The position numbers and the translations under genes were made by a program. DNA of 64,000 bases, taken from NCBI RefSeq assembly GCF_001194135.2, contig NC_068987.1, positions 49,940,273 through 50,004,272 of the forward strand. The letters are read 5' to 3'. The DNA is from Octopus bimaculoides. Its lineage: Eukaryota. The notes beneath the pieces were generated by a model that worked only from the letters and a program-made list of their open reading frames with translations, made no database searches and had not been told where the DNA came from. This document shows, in pieces, positions 48,905-62,372 of this stretch (the stretch's first letter is position 1; each line of letters opens with the position of its first letter).

Positions 48905-51900
48905 GGTCAGGTACTGTGGTCGATGTAATCAACTTACTCCCCGCCCAAAGTTAGAAGAAATTATTTTGAATATGCAAGTTCAGTATGTTCTGAGTTCAAA
49001 TTCCGCCGAGGTTGATTTTGCCTTTCATCCTTTCAGAGTCGGCAAATTAAGTAAGTACCAGTTTCGTACTAGAGTCGATCTAATCGACTGGTCCCCTCCC
49101 CCAAAATTTCGGGCCTTGTACCTAGAGAAGAAAAGAATATACAAGTACAGTGATAGATCATGGCAATGAGATTTAATTCTTTTTAAATACTTGTATTGCT
49201 TTATATTTAAATTAAAACAAGAAATGTTTGCAGATTTTGAATTTGACTATATATGAAAGAAAAATTCTGCAAGAAATGGCGGTGCCCCAGCATGGCCACA
49301 GCTCATGAGCTGAAACTAGATAAAATGAAAAAATGAAAAAATGAAGCATTAAAAAAAGATAATGTAGAAAGTTTACAGAAATGCCCCAGGTATGTCAAGT
49401 GAAAATTCTGACAGGAATCGCTTAAAAAGTAGATTTGAAACGTAAGTGGACTCTCCTATAAGACACATAAAAAATATAATTATTAAAATGGATGGATGCC
49501 TTTAGCAGACTGCATACTGTTGCAAGTATTTCGGGCAAGGTTTCCTCGTTTTAAGTATATTTTGCTCCTGTAAACCAGCCCTCAAAGCTGTGAAAAGATG
49601 TGTTATAGGTGCCGCCCTTCTCTCCTTCATGTTATGCAATTTAAATATAAAACGCACATATATATATCCGTTTTATGTTAACTTGCGGNNNNNNNNNNNN
49701 NNNNNNNNNNNNNNNNNAAGAATCCTCAATACCATAGTAGAGATTAATAATTTTATTTTGAACTAGTCATAATTTGCCAGATCCTCTGTACCTACAGGTG
49801 AAACTCAGTAGCAAGAGACTGACTCAACTAAAATAACGTTTGAGCATGACGTGTCTCTGGCTGAAACCAGTATGAGTTACACACACATTACTTTTGTTGA
49901 AACGAGGAATAAGGTATATGATTGAAATAATTTCATGTTTTCATTTCACTGTTCTCGTAACCCCGCCTCTTTTCAGTTTTTGTTTTGGCTAGCAAAACAA
50001 AATTGTTTACGTCATTAACAATATCAATCCACAAAGACACCAAATTATATTTCTTAACATTGTTAAATTTTCATGGCAGGTATGTTATTGTTAATAATTA
50101 ATCACGTGACAGTTAACCTGTTCTCTGATTGGTTCAAAGTTACAAGCTGTACAACAGGTGCAATGTGACACGCGCATGTGAAAGCTGGTATTGATAATGT
50201 TTCTCATTATTTTTATATATCTTTTCCAGAATGGGAATCGATACAAATAGGAGTTTGCAAATAGTTTTCTTTGAGTTATGTAAAATTATGGGAGTGGGTG
50301 GGGGAGAGTTTGGAACTTACAGCAAAAATAAAAAATTNNNNNNNNNNAAATTATGGGAGTGGGTGGGGGAGAGTTTGGAACTTACAGCAAAAATAAAAAA
50401 TAAAAAATCGATTACTACGTGTGTACATACACACATGTATATGTATGTTAAATGCACACGTATTATATGCACAAAATTTTTAAGTTATGAGAATAGATTT
50501 GCATGTATTCTTGCAGCGACTTTTTCTCAAATCATGTATTTTAAAATTTTATCTGCTGTTTTAACTGAACTTTTAAACCCCCACATGTATATCTGTTGTT
50601 TAACAGATAATTTTATCATCCACTTAAAATTGTGACTCGTATCTCTGTGTGAATATGTGTATATATATATATGTATAAGATTCTTAGTCCACCTCCTATT
50701 TGGCTGTCATATCTGTTTAGCCATTCTTTCGATTTGCGATAACAAAATGAAAGTAGGAATATTAACATTTGCCCATGGCCAAAAGAATGTGTTATACGTA
50801 TCGAATAGTCACACATTTATTTTATTCTACTTTTTTTTTTCAAAAATATTTTGGATTCCTGTTTTCACCTACGGAGATTACAATTTTGGGCACTATCATG
50901 CTATTAGCTGTCAGAAGTGAAAGTGCTCACTGCTTGCTAGTGAAGTATCTGTCTGTCTGCCTGCATGCCTGTTGCTGGCCTGTCGATTCTTTGGCTACTG
51001 ACAGCTAATACCATGACTGGCCGGAGCGAGCTATATGTCTGTCTCTCTATCTATCTATCTATCTATCTATTACTCGAAAGTTTGCGCGTCAGTTCTCCCT
51101 CCCATAATTTCAATAACGATTGCTTATGACGATTTTCATCTTTCAATTTGTGATCGTAAATCGAAAGACTGCATATACTGAATGCGAGTTTTTTTTTCTT
51201 CCGCTTTTTCCAACCACACGCAATCACGAACAAAAGGAGCCTAGTTGTCACCATGCTAGAAATAGCAACTGAATCTCTCTTTCTCATATTTCTTAAAATA
51301 CGACACTTTTGATTTAGAAATTTGAAATGCAGAATGTGTCTAGAAAAAAGATATGATCTTCAAGGCTAGGTCCAACTTCGTGCAAAATCGTTTGAATGAA
51401 ACGTGTTTCGATTAAACTTTTTTTTTGTTCTCTATAATAAATTCTTTTGTGTGTACGTTGAAACTACTTTTTCTTTCTTACGAAGAGAAAAGCATTACAT
51501 CCATTTATTTATATGTGACGCGCAGGATAAACTATTTAAATCCCTCCAGTATTGCAGTCTTTAGTTGCGAACCTTTTCGCTCCTAGTTCAAAATCCCTGC
51601 ACACAGTCAACGTTGTCTTTCTTCCGCGGTCGACAAAATAAGTATCAGCCAAGCATTAGGTTTATCCTTTATTTGACTCTTTCCAGACCATAAATATGTG
51701 GTCCCTATTCTAGAAATATTAATAATTAAGGCGAAATTTCATACCACCTCTCTCAACTTTTTGGGTGTTTTATATTCGAATCCTTATTTTTGTTATACAA
51801 TTTATTTCTTGTAATATGCTGATTACCAATTATTGAAAAATATTTTTCGTAAAATTTCTTGCTTTGCACAACCCCCCCCCCTTATTTTGAGTATCTCCAC

Positions 51901-52704
51901 AAAATATGCAATGGCATAACATGAACATACACATACAGGTTGTATTAAGTTTAAAACATCATAACAACATTAGCTGTGCTCAATTATTCAGTACTTGCAT
52001 ATATTAAGTAACAATTTTAAATCACCACGAAATAATTGAGAAGTAAAACAAAGAAATATGGGCTTTTGAAAAACAGAAATTTTGTAGATCAAAGCAACTG
52101 GAAGACCATTTTTAAAGTCATATTAAAAAGAAAAAAATTAAAGGAGGAGGGTGCTGGTGTATGATCCAAAACTACTCAGTTTTCAGCTGGCTCTTCTCCT
52201 TGTCCTCTGGAGAAAATGTCTTCCTGGGGCTACAAGCTACAGTAGCATCAACCCTTAAGGGTTAGCCACATTTAGGTGGCAAATATACTTCACGATGTCG
52301 TACAAGCTACTGTTTATACTTCGCTTAGATATTTATTATAATAATTAAGTTGCTTTATGGATTCAGATTTCAAATTCTTGTCTAAATATTTTACGGAATA
52401 AAATTTTCATAGTTCACATTCATTCATGAAACAAAATACTCGATAGGATAGAGAGAGAGAGAGAGAGAGCTGCCATCAGCATGTTACCCACTGTGAATCT
52501 TTATTTTTAACTGCAGTCATTTTTCTGTGACTTGCAGATAACCCACTCTAACAGGGAGGAGGGTTAACGATAAGGCGTGCTGGTTTTTGCTTTGCTCAAA
52601 AACATAAAGTAACGAAGTGCAGTAGCTTGGGTTAAGATTGAAAAGACCGATATGTTTAAGTGATAGCAACAGCAGCAGTTTGTCACCATTCTGTCTGATT
52701 CTCT

Positions 52705-52738
<34 letters not shown>

Positions 52739-53149
52739 AATAGACTAACAGCAGTAGTTTTCCAAACTAGCTTCATTATACAATAAGATATAAAGAGTGG
52801 TCATAATCTATCTAAATGGCTTTCAAAGTATCCCTAGCGTTAATGTAGTATAGCTATAATAATAGTATGAGCTTGCAATTTATGTGTATTCTTTGTTGGA
52901 GCAGGTGTTCTGGAGTTGGTAACTTGTGTAATTCTGACCTTAATACTCAATGTTATGAAACAATTATTCTGTAAAAAACCATTTGAATATCACATGCAGT
53001 GATTGTAAAGGTTAAGTGTATTATGTCTTGGCAGTAGACTCACCTATCTGCCTTATTCAAAGGAAGATCCATCTAGTTATAAGAAAGGAAAAAAAAAGTG
53101 TCAAAATTTATAAGTAAAAATGGAAATATTCTTTGATTCTTTTGTTACT

Positions 53150-53330
53150 ATATTTCTGCATTTGTTTTAATTCATTTTTAAAATAATGAAGAATTTAGTA
53201 AAATAACTTTCAACTTGGTGGTTGGAACATTAATTAACATGATATTTTGATGGAAAGCTTAGAAACAGGAAGCTATGTATCACAGAACCAGGGGCGATCT
53301 CAGGCAAGATGTTATCTAAAGGATTAATAT
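53150..53330. mobile_element. Second TTAA-ended MITE family (partial copies)
   Basis: Shared blocks (GAATTTAGTAAAATAA, TTGGAACAT, GTATCAAAAGGGTTAA-like end), also seen at about 2210-2304, 5545-5692, 33860-34010 and 61785-61950. Confidence 0.5.
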
Positions 53331-54644
53331 CTAATAGCTTATTGGGTCACAGACTAAGAATTTATCTTCATAAAGTGTGTTGAGAAAGAAGAAAAAAAAA
53401 AAAATCAGCCAGGCAGAGTGTACACTTCATGATTTAAAGAAATTTTGTTTTTTTTATTACAGTCACAAATTCCAAAGATAACGAGTAAATGAAGTAAAAA
53501 TAGTTCTACCTTTGTCTCAGACATGACAATATCAGGAATCTACAATCAGTCTGTGGTAATGAAACAAACAGAACAGTTGCATATTTGGGTGACTAAAAGT
53601 GTTGGGCAGTAAGTGTGCACCGCAGTTATTTCAGAATATAATTTGAATGCTGCGTTGTGTGTAGGAGTAATTTCGGTATTAAAACCCTTATAGGTCTACC
53701 GATCAAATAATACATTGTAATTTTGCCCTAGTTTTGCCAACCTCTCTTTAATATATAAATTCTCATTGTTGTTAATGCATTCGGTTAGATAATAATAGAA
53801 ATGAAACTTAAATGTCACTTCCAATATGTGGTTTGAACAGATTTTACAGGTTTGAATGCAATAAACGAAAAGATTGGAACATTATAAAAGAAACAAAAAA
53901 AAAGTTTTGTCTTTTTAAAACTTTCCTTTGAGAACATTAGTGAGGTCAGTAAGCCAGTGGTTTTGTTGAGATTGCTGGAGAGGAGTTTGTCTTTATGTAA
54001 TGAATATAGTAGGGCAAGTTAGTTGTGTAGTTATAGTATCTGTTTTCAAGTTGTGTTTGTGTGGAAGAGTTGATTTGGTGACAAAAGTATAAATTGACAT
54101 CCTTTTGGCGAGTAGTAGTTTAACACCTTGTCAACTCTCAGCTTTGAATGAGTCTTTTTTTAGCATGGAGATTTAATAAAAGTAAAACAATGGCAAAGAA
54201 AGTTGAAAAACAATTTAAATCCATTATTAACATGACAGCATTTTAGTGCTAAGTAGGACAGTGATATCTGGCCATATGCACACTTAGGTTGAAACTTGTA
54301 CCTGAAGCATAGGAATTTTATGAAATGCAGATTTTTATACTGCACTTGTTATAAAGATTAGCTGTCTAGCATTGAGCAAATTATCAAATAACTTGATTAT
54401 TGTCTTTCTTTTTTTTATTCTAATTTTTTTTTTATATCTTTTGGATTGTAGTTATTAGGTAATATATGTCTGTTTTTAGGCAGTATCCATGCAGAAGAGT
54501 TATTTAGATTTTAGTCATTAAAATAAGAATTGTGCTGCTTTCTTGTAAATACACTTCCAAGGGCTAAATTTAGTTGGTTTGTGCTTATGGTTGATTGAAT
54601 GAATCCTAAGATGTTTCCCTCAGCAAAATTGTTTGTGTCTCCAT

Positions 54645-55370
54645 AAGATATACCCAGTGTAAGAGGTGCAGCAACATCAAGGGAAGGTTAACCGGGAAAG
54701 CTTTTGTTGCAGCAGATGCACAGGGGCAATAAACACCACAGATGCTCAGAAAACAGATACCATCACATGCCAGGGGGAGAAACTGGAAGTAGTTGATAGC
54801 TTCTGCTACCTAGGTGACCAAGCCTGTAGTGTGTGTGTGTGTGTGTGGGGGGGTAGTAGATGCTCAGTGAGTGTTACCACTAGAATAAGAATAGCCTGGG
54901 CAAAGTTCAGAAAGCTCCTACCTCTACTGGTGACAAAGGGCCTCTCACTCAGAGTGAAAGGTAGACTGTACGATGCATGTGTGTAAATTGCCATGCTTCA
55001 CGGCAGTGAAACATGGGCCATGACTGCTGAAGACATGCGTAGGCTTGAAAGAGAGGAAGCAAGCATGATCCATTGGATGTGTAATGTCAGTGTCCGCACA
55101 CAACAGAGTGTAAGCACCCTGAGAGAAAAGACATAAGAAGCATCAGATGTGGTGTGCAAGAGAGACTACTGCGCTGGTATGGTCATGTACTATGGATGGA
55201 CGAGGAGAGCTATGCGGAGAAGTGTCTCTCCCAAACAGTGGAAGGAACTTGTGGTAGAAGGAGACCCAGGAAGACATGGGATGAGGTGGTGAAACATGAC
55301 CTTTGAGTGTTGGGCCTCACAGGCAATAACAAAGACAGACCTCTGGAGATATGCTGTGACTGAGAAGTAC
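54645..55370 (+). mobile_element. RTE-clade LINE fragment
   Basis: LEVVDSFCYLGD...TRIRIAWAKFRKLLPLL...LYDACV* then HGSETW, RWYGHV; internal (GT)n insertion and stop codons. Confidence 0.9.
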
Positions 55371-55698
55371 CTTTGGATCGTCGGGCAACATGCCGTGCTT
55401 GAGACCTATTGAGTCAAGTACATCAAAATCAAATCAAACCACAATCAAATGGAAATTGTAGTTGTGGTTAATGCCAATGTCGCCTGACTGGCTCCCATAC
55501 TGGTGACATGCAATAAACACCATTCATGCGTGAGTTGTTTGCCAGTGCCGCCTGACTGGAGAGCAAGATGTTAAGTCAAATAAAGCCTATTTCTTCTTGT
55601 TAAGAATCCAATTAATAAATTGATCAGTCTGTTATTAGCTTAATATTTCAAATATGTCTGTATCAGCACATGAACTATAAGGAGAACACTATATTTAA

Positions 55699-55919
55699 CC
55701 CTTTAGCATTTAAACTGGCCATATCCGGCCAAAAGTATTCTGCCTATTCTATGTTCAAACTGGCCAGATCTAGTCTCTCACACCAACCCTACAATATCGT
55801 TTTAAAAATTAACAGCTATCTCATCAAAATCTCATAGCTACGAGTTAATGCATGATTAATTGAAAACAATGTGGATAAAAAAGCATTAATTATGGCAGAA
55901 TAATGTGAACACTAAAGGG
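55699..55919 (+). mobile_element. piggyBac-type MITE
   Basis: TTAA|CCCTTTAG ... CTAAAGGG|TTAA; related copy in the opposite orientation at 61041-61250 and a fragment near 135-190. Confidence 0.8.
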
Positions 55920-56599
55920 TTAAACAATCTTCAGACATTATTGGGTTCATGTTAACTTTGAATAGCCAATGTTGATGTTAGATCTGTTACATTTTTAAGA
56001 TTCAGTATTTGTACACAGTATAAACACTGTTGGTTCTTGTTAGATTAACAAAGTTAAGGCAAGCCAAGCCTATTCATTAGCTTTATGCTCAGATAAGCTT
56101 ATTCTTTGTACTGGGTTAGCCAAGTACTGTTATCTTTATCTGAAGTGATTAATGAGAATATAAATTGTTTCTCTGGTGCTGAGAGTAGATAACTGGAGTA
56201 CATAATTTACACTAGTGGCGTAGGATTTGATACATAAGCTTATTTAATATACTGTATTCCCTACATAATTGTATTAATATTTCACAGCTCCATCTGTCTC
56301 ATGACCCCTCCTCCCTCCATATATCTTTAAACTCTGGTTTATCCTAAAGTTCTGTTACATTTCCTACATTCTTCTTTCTATATGTTAATTATCTTGCTAT
56401 TATTTTTAACAACACACTCCTATGCAAATGACAAGTGTAATAAACAGGCCTCTACGTGGTCACTTGACTTGCCAGAAATAAACAGATGTCTCTCAAGTCA
56501 CATCATGCTAACTTCAAAAATGGACTTGTTGAATAATGTGGTTCTGGGTTTCCTGCGAATGGGGAAAATGTGATGGTCATAGTTGGAGTATCTTAGATC

Positions 56600-57310
56600 A
56601 ATCAGGCTTAAACAAGAACAATAACTTGCCACCTTTCATTTTTTAACCATTTGGATGTAGCACCATTCACATCTAACCTAGTGACAGACTTGCACTGCCT
56701 CCATAAATAAATGAACAATAGTAACCTAGTTTTTTCTTTTAACACTATCCCTCCTGGTACATTTGCTATACATGTCAAAGAAACCATCTTTAACACACCC
56801 TCTCTTAATAAATGACCTCTACCCCAATTAAAATCTTCAAAATCATTGTAAATGCTAAGAGGCTTGCCTGTATAACTTTGCCAAACACCATCCTCCAAAA
56901 GTAGGATTATGTTGCTGAGCCTGAAAATAAATACTTTAACTTTAATCAGTTTGTGACTCACTGTAAAATTCAAGTTTGGCCCACATTGGTGTACTGCTCA
57001 CATATCTGGAACATTACTGCTTAGCCCTACCCAAAAGAAGATGATTCGACTGTTTCAATTGCTTATAGATCTACTGTTTCCTGTGTGTGTGGTTTTTTTT
57101 ATTCTACCATTACTACAGTACCCCTCTCCTCTTAAAACACATCTCTCTTTCATTTCTTGTCTCTGTTATGTTTCATCTCCCAAATCCTACACTAAACACT
57201 TTTTCCAATCATTCTTCCCCTTAGTTGGAACCTTCTGGAATTCCGTGCTCACCCACCTTTGTTGATTTGCTCTGAAGATCTTAAAAAAGTACATCATCTG
57301 CATCAATCTC
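56600..57310 (+). mobile_element. CR1/L2-group LINE 3' fragment
   Basis: KIQVWPTLVYCSHIW and QSFFPLVGTFWNS resemble CR1/L2 RT C-terminal motifs. Confidence 0.65.
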
Positions 57311-57919
57311 ACCAACCTGGATATGGTTTTGAAGATTATGGCACTACTACTTCTCAGTCTAACTAATAATAATAAGCATAAGCATAATAATGATAATTCT
57401 TTCTACTATAGATACAAAGGCAGCAATTTTAGTGGATGGTGGGTGGCAACTCAATTACATCACCCCCAGTGTTCAACTGGAACTTATATGACCCCAAAAG
57501 GATGAAATGCAAAATCAACTTCTGTGGCATTTGAACTTGGGATGTAAAGAGCCAAAAGAACTGCTACTAAGACTCTTGTCCTGCATGGTGCTGATTCTGC
57601 TGGCTACCTGCCAGCACCCCATAACCACAACCACCACCAGTGCCATCATAGTCATCACCAGAATTCTTCTTTCTGATATAGACACAAGGCCTGACATTTG
57701 GGTGAGTGGGTAATAAATTACATCAATCCCAGTACTCAATTGGTGCTTATTTTATCAACTCCAAAAGGATGAAAGTCAAAGTTGACCTCAGCAGAATTTC
57801 AACCCTGAATATAGAGACAGACAATGCCACTAAGCATTTTATAGGATGTGCTAACAATTCTGCCAGCTCTTTGCCTCAGTAGTAGTAGTAGTAGTAGTAG
57901 TAGGTCAAACTAAAGGGTC

Positions 57920-58365
57920 TAACCCGGTGGGAAATAAAAAAAATAAAATATTCTAATAGGTGTAAAACAACTTGCTGCGAACGAATATGGAGAAAAAAAT
58001 GCGAACGGGGGTTGGTGCTGAGAGACCTCGGAACATTCACATCCTGAATGTTCCGAGACGCCTCACCGGAGCCAAGAAACAAAAGAAAAATAGTGTAATA
58101 GATGTAAAACGACTTGCTCTGAACGAATATGAAAAAAAAATGTGCTCCCGCGAAAGGCGGGGTGGGGAGAGGACTCGGAACATTCACATCGTCATATATC
58201 GTCATTCCATGGCCTCTGAATTATAGTGTTTGACCCGGTGACAAAATTTTTTAAAAAATAGTCTAATAGGTGTAAAACAACTTGCTGGGAACGAATGTGT
58301 CTGTGAGTGTGTGTGTGATGTGTGACAATGTGAATGTTCCGAGCCTCCCCCCCTCCGTTCGTGTA
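57920..58365. repeat. Unclassified modular direct plus inverted repeat
   Basis: TAATAG(G/A)TGTAAAAC(A/G)ACTTGCT..GAACGAAT three times (57953, 58096, 58263); CTCGGAACATTCA module in both orientations. Confidence 0.7.
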
Positions 58366-59439
58366 ATTATGATGGACTCTTCCATCAGAGATGACATATG
58401 AACATTCAGCTATTGTTGAATGACTTGCACATGACTTGTTTATAGTAATAAAATGTTCATGCTGCTCACTTTCTCCATCAAATCAACATCTGAACAGGTG
58501 CACTTTGTACCATGCATCAGGTGTCAAAGTGATTGCAGAGCAATGTGAGATGAAGTGTTTTGTTCAAGAATGCAATGCACCACCTGGTCTAGGAATTGGA
58601 ATCACAATTGCTAGATTGTGAGTGCAACACTCTAACCACTAAGCATGTGTCCTCACAACAACAATAATCCTTTCTACTAAAGGCACAAGGCCTGAAATTT
58701 TGGGAGAGAGCACAAGTTGATTACATCAACCCCAGTGTGTGTCACTGGTACCTCATTTATTGACCCTGAAAGGATGAAAGGTAAAGTTGATCATGGCAGA
58801 ATTTGAACACAGAACATAAGAGATGGACAGAATGCCACTAAGCATTTTGTCTGGCATGCTAACAATTCTGCCAGCTTGCTAATCATGTTTTTGGTGTACC
58901 TTTAACAGATGAATAGTCATGATGGGTGAATTGGGCTTTGTATATTTGTCCCTCAGTGTCACTTTGACAGTACATGTTGCTTTCTCACCCTTTAATAATA
59001 ATAAGAATAATGGTTTCAAATTTTGCCACAAGGGCGGCAGTTTTGGGGGAGGGGATAAGTCAATTACATTGATCCCAGTGTTCAACTGGTACTTATTTTA
59101 TTGACCCCAAAAGGCTGAAAGGCAAAGTTCACTATGGCAGAATATGAACCCAGAACATAAAGATGGACGAAATGCCGCTAAGCATTCTGCTCGACATGCT
59201 AAGGATTTTGCCAGCTCACTGCCTTGATAATAATGGTTTCAAATTTTGCCACAAGAAAATACAGGAGGATCAGTTAATTATATTCAATAAAATCATAATT
59301 AACTGATCCTCCTGTATTTTCTTTTACCCAAAGCCAGGAACTTTCCAGCACCCCCTCGTGTGTCTTACAAAGGTTCTAGTAAGCAAAAAAAACAGACAAG
59401 ACCCTACCCACCTTCAGGTAGGTAGCCCTGTTCAATTTG

Positions 59440-59945
59440 TAGGAAAGGTATAGGCAAGAACGCCATATGGTATACCCAGTGTAAGCTATTGACAAACGAG
59501 GTGCAGTGGATTAATAAGAAGGTTATCAGAGAAGGTAGTGTTTGTATGTGGAAGATGATTAGGAAATTGATACTCTCAAATGTCCTGGTGGCTCATTAGA
59601 GGCAGTAGGTAATTTCTGCTACCCAGTGGACCAAATTAGTAGTGGGGGAGGTTGCATGGAGAGTGTGAAAGCAAGAATAGGATGGAGGAAATTCAGTGAG
59701 CTGTTATCTCTGTTGGCTATGAAAGGTTTCTCTCTCTCTGAGAGAAAGGAAGATTGTATGTTGCATGTATGCAGACAGCAGTTCTACATGTAGTGAGCCA
59801 TGGATTCCTGAACACATGGAAGTGGGATACCCAGGAGGGCATGAGATGAAGTACTGAAGAACAACCTCAGGGTGCTGAACCGTCCAGACAAGATGACAAA
59901 GGACTGAGATGCCTGACACCTTGCTGTATTCAAGAAGATCCATAC
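59440..59945 (+). mobile_element. Degenerate RTE-clade LINE fragment
   Basis: Diverged homology to 54645-55000 (FCYPVDQISSGG, ARIGWRKFSEL). Confidence 0.6.
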
Positions 59946-61040
59946 TCCACTGCAGAAGTGTTAAGGTGGTGTAAAGCACTCATGGCAGTGTGGTTAACAA
60001 GTTTGCTTCCCATCTACATGGTTTCAGGCTCAGTCCTATTGCATGGCATCTTGGGCAAATGTCTTCTAGAGCCCCAAAGCCTTGTGAGTGGATTTGGTAG
60101 ATGGAAACTGAAAGAAGCCTGTTGTTTGTATGTAAATATATGACTGTTGTAATGCTATCCAATTCCAACATTCTGCAAAAATATGTTTGGCTATAGGGAA
60201 ATATTACCTTCTCGGAAACAGGTAAGAGTTGGCAACAGGAAGGGCATCTAGCTGTAGAAAATCTACCTCAACTCCGTTCAGCTGATGCATGCTTGGAAAT
60301 AGTTTTGCTTACAACACCTAGGTTTCCCAAGACATTACTTAACTTTGGTGATCAGAGGACATCCAGTGTTTTCAACGGGATATGGCCATAAGCAGTAGAA
60401 TAGCAGAAGAATAATTGATTTTTGACTTCTTCAATATTTTTGCATAAAATTTCATAGATCTTATTACTGTGGTTTTACAACCAAATGCTCTTCCTGCTAT
60501 TAAATCTCCTTAGAGTAGGGGAAAAAAATAGGATTTCCTTTTGAAATGACTAAGCTACGGAATGTATTGTAGTTTTGTTATCTGTTAAGGTTCCTGCATG
60601 GATCCATGAGCTAAAAAAAGTGACTGTTATATCAAATACATTGTTGGTCTAACAACAACAGCCAACCCTTAGTTGCTCTACCCGTTTTAATATTCTCAGA
60701 AGGATAAAACGCATTAACCTAAATGATATTTGGACCAGAACTACGGAATCAAGACACAAAACCATCAATCCTGACTCATCAATTTATACTACTATCAGCT
60801 CTTAACTCCTCTATTTGTAATTAGATTAATCATAATATATTTATGATATTGATTGAGAGCACACAACATACATGATCATTGTGAATCATTAGGCTACTTT
60901 TTAGCATCCTAACCTGTTGAGTTTAGAATTAAAAGTTATAGCTTTGCTGTTGTGGCTTTTTTAAGATAAAATTTATTAAGTATGAGACAAAACACTAGCA
61001 ATTTTAAAAAGGAGGTTCTTTTTATTGAAATAAACTTTAA

Positions 61041-61250
61041 CCCTTTAGTATTCAGATTATTCTGTCAAATGTAAAACTTATTAATTCATATTGTCTTGAA
61101 CTAATCAAGCATTATCTTATTGCTTTGCGGATTTGAGGATGTGATCGTTTATTTTTAGAATGACATTATAGGGTAGATGAAAGAGACCAGATCCGGCCAG
61201 TTTGAACATAAAACAGGTAGAATAATTTGGCCGGTTTAAATACTGAAGGG
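61041..61250 (-). mobile_element. piggyBac-type MITE, second copy
   Basis: TTAA|CCCTTTAG ... CTGAAGGG|TAAA; interior is the reverse complement of 55699-55919. Confidence 0.75.
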
Positions 61251-62372
61251 TAAAAGCACTATAAAAAAAAATGAGGAATATTTGTTTACTGTTTAAAAAT
61301 TTATTGTACACCAAAATTAAAACTGAATGATTAGATACTGAGAGCAATTTAGCAAATGACAATTTTTAAAAAATGCAATTTGATGCATAATTGTGCTATT
61401 TTGAAATTAAAGCATTGTTGAAATTTAAAATTCAAATGTATGTAACATGGAAGATGAAATAAAATTTGTATTGTAAAAGATTGAAGAGTTTATCCCTACA
61501 AAATTTATTAAGAAATAATTGTGTCTAGAATATGAGTTACATCTGAAAAATCTAACTCCTTTATTTACTATTTTACTTTTAGAAACACAATTCCTTCTAT
61601 CAGATCCTTTTTCATAGAAGCTCTTGAATTGGATATGATTATTATTTTCTGGAAATTTTAATGCATTATATTGGAGTTCACATTCAGTTGGAGCTGGAGT
61701 CATTCTTACTGCTTCCAATTCCAGAACTCTGACTATGCCTCAACAGCCTTGATTTTTAAACTGGGCAGTTTGTGTTAAGCTAAACATTTTAACCGTTTTT
61801 ATTATCATATTTCTGTTGAGAAACTTACTCATTGTTTTGATTAATTTTGAAAATGAAAAATTCAGTAAAATAACTTCAATCATTATTAAACATGATGTTT
61901 TGATGGAATATTTTAATTCAGATCACTTTAAAAATAGGAAGTTTGAAGTTGACTTAATTAGATATAGATATATTCTCATAAGATAATAGTTCTTTAGGCT
62001 TGGTGGTAGAATTGAGTCAGGCCCAATATTTAATCCATTGGGAACAAAAGGCAAAATAAATGAAGAGGAATTTGAATACAAAACCGTGAGGCATCACACT
62101 AGATAGAATAATGCACTTAGTCTTAAACTGCTAATACTGTAAACATTGTCTTACAATTGTTAATATTTATCTCTACCTGTCAACTTTAGTGTGGTTTGAA
62201 CTTGGAGCTTAAAAGAATGTAATTAAAAATCCACCAGCATTTTGTCCTGTGCTCTACTGAATTGCCACTTTAGCACACAGATGCATGCACACATACAAGC
62301 AAGAACTGTGAAATCTTGCATGAATTAATTTCAACTCTTATTAATAACTGCGTTTTTTTTTTTTTTTTTCAT

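Noticed and set aside
49234-49280. Possible 4E-BP exon 2 (IYERKILQEM resembles YxxxxL) after a tttgcag acceptor
   Set aside because: The phase-1 frame from that acceptor hits TGA at 49254-49256, the motif is in a different frame, GTRI is absent, and the 3' part is a SINE tail.
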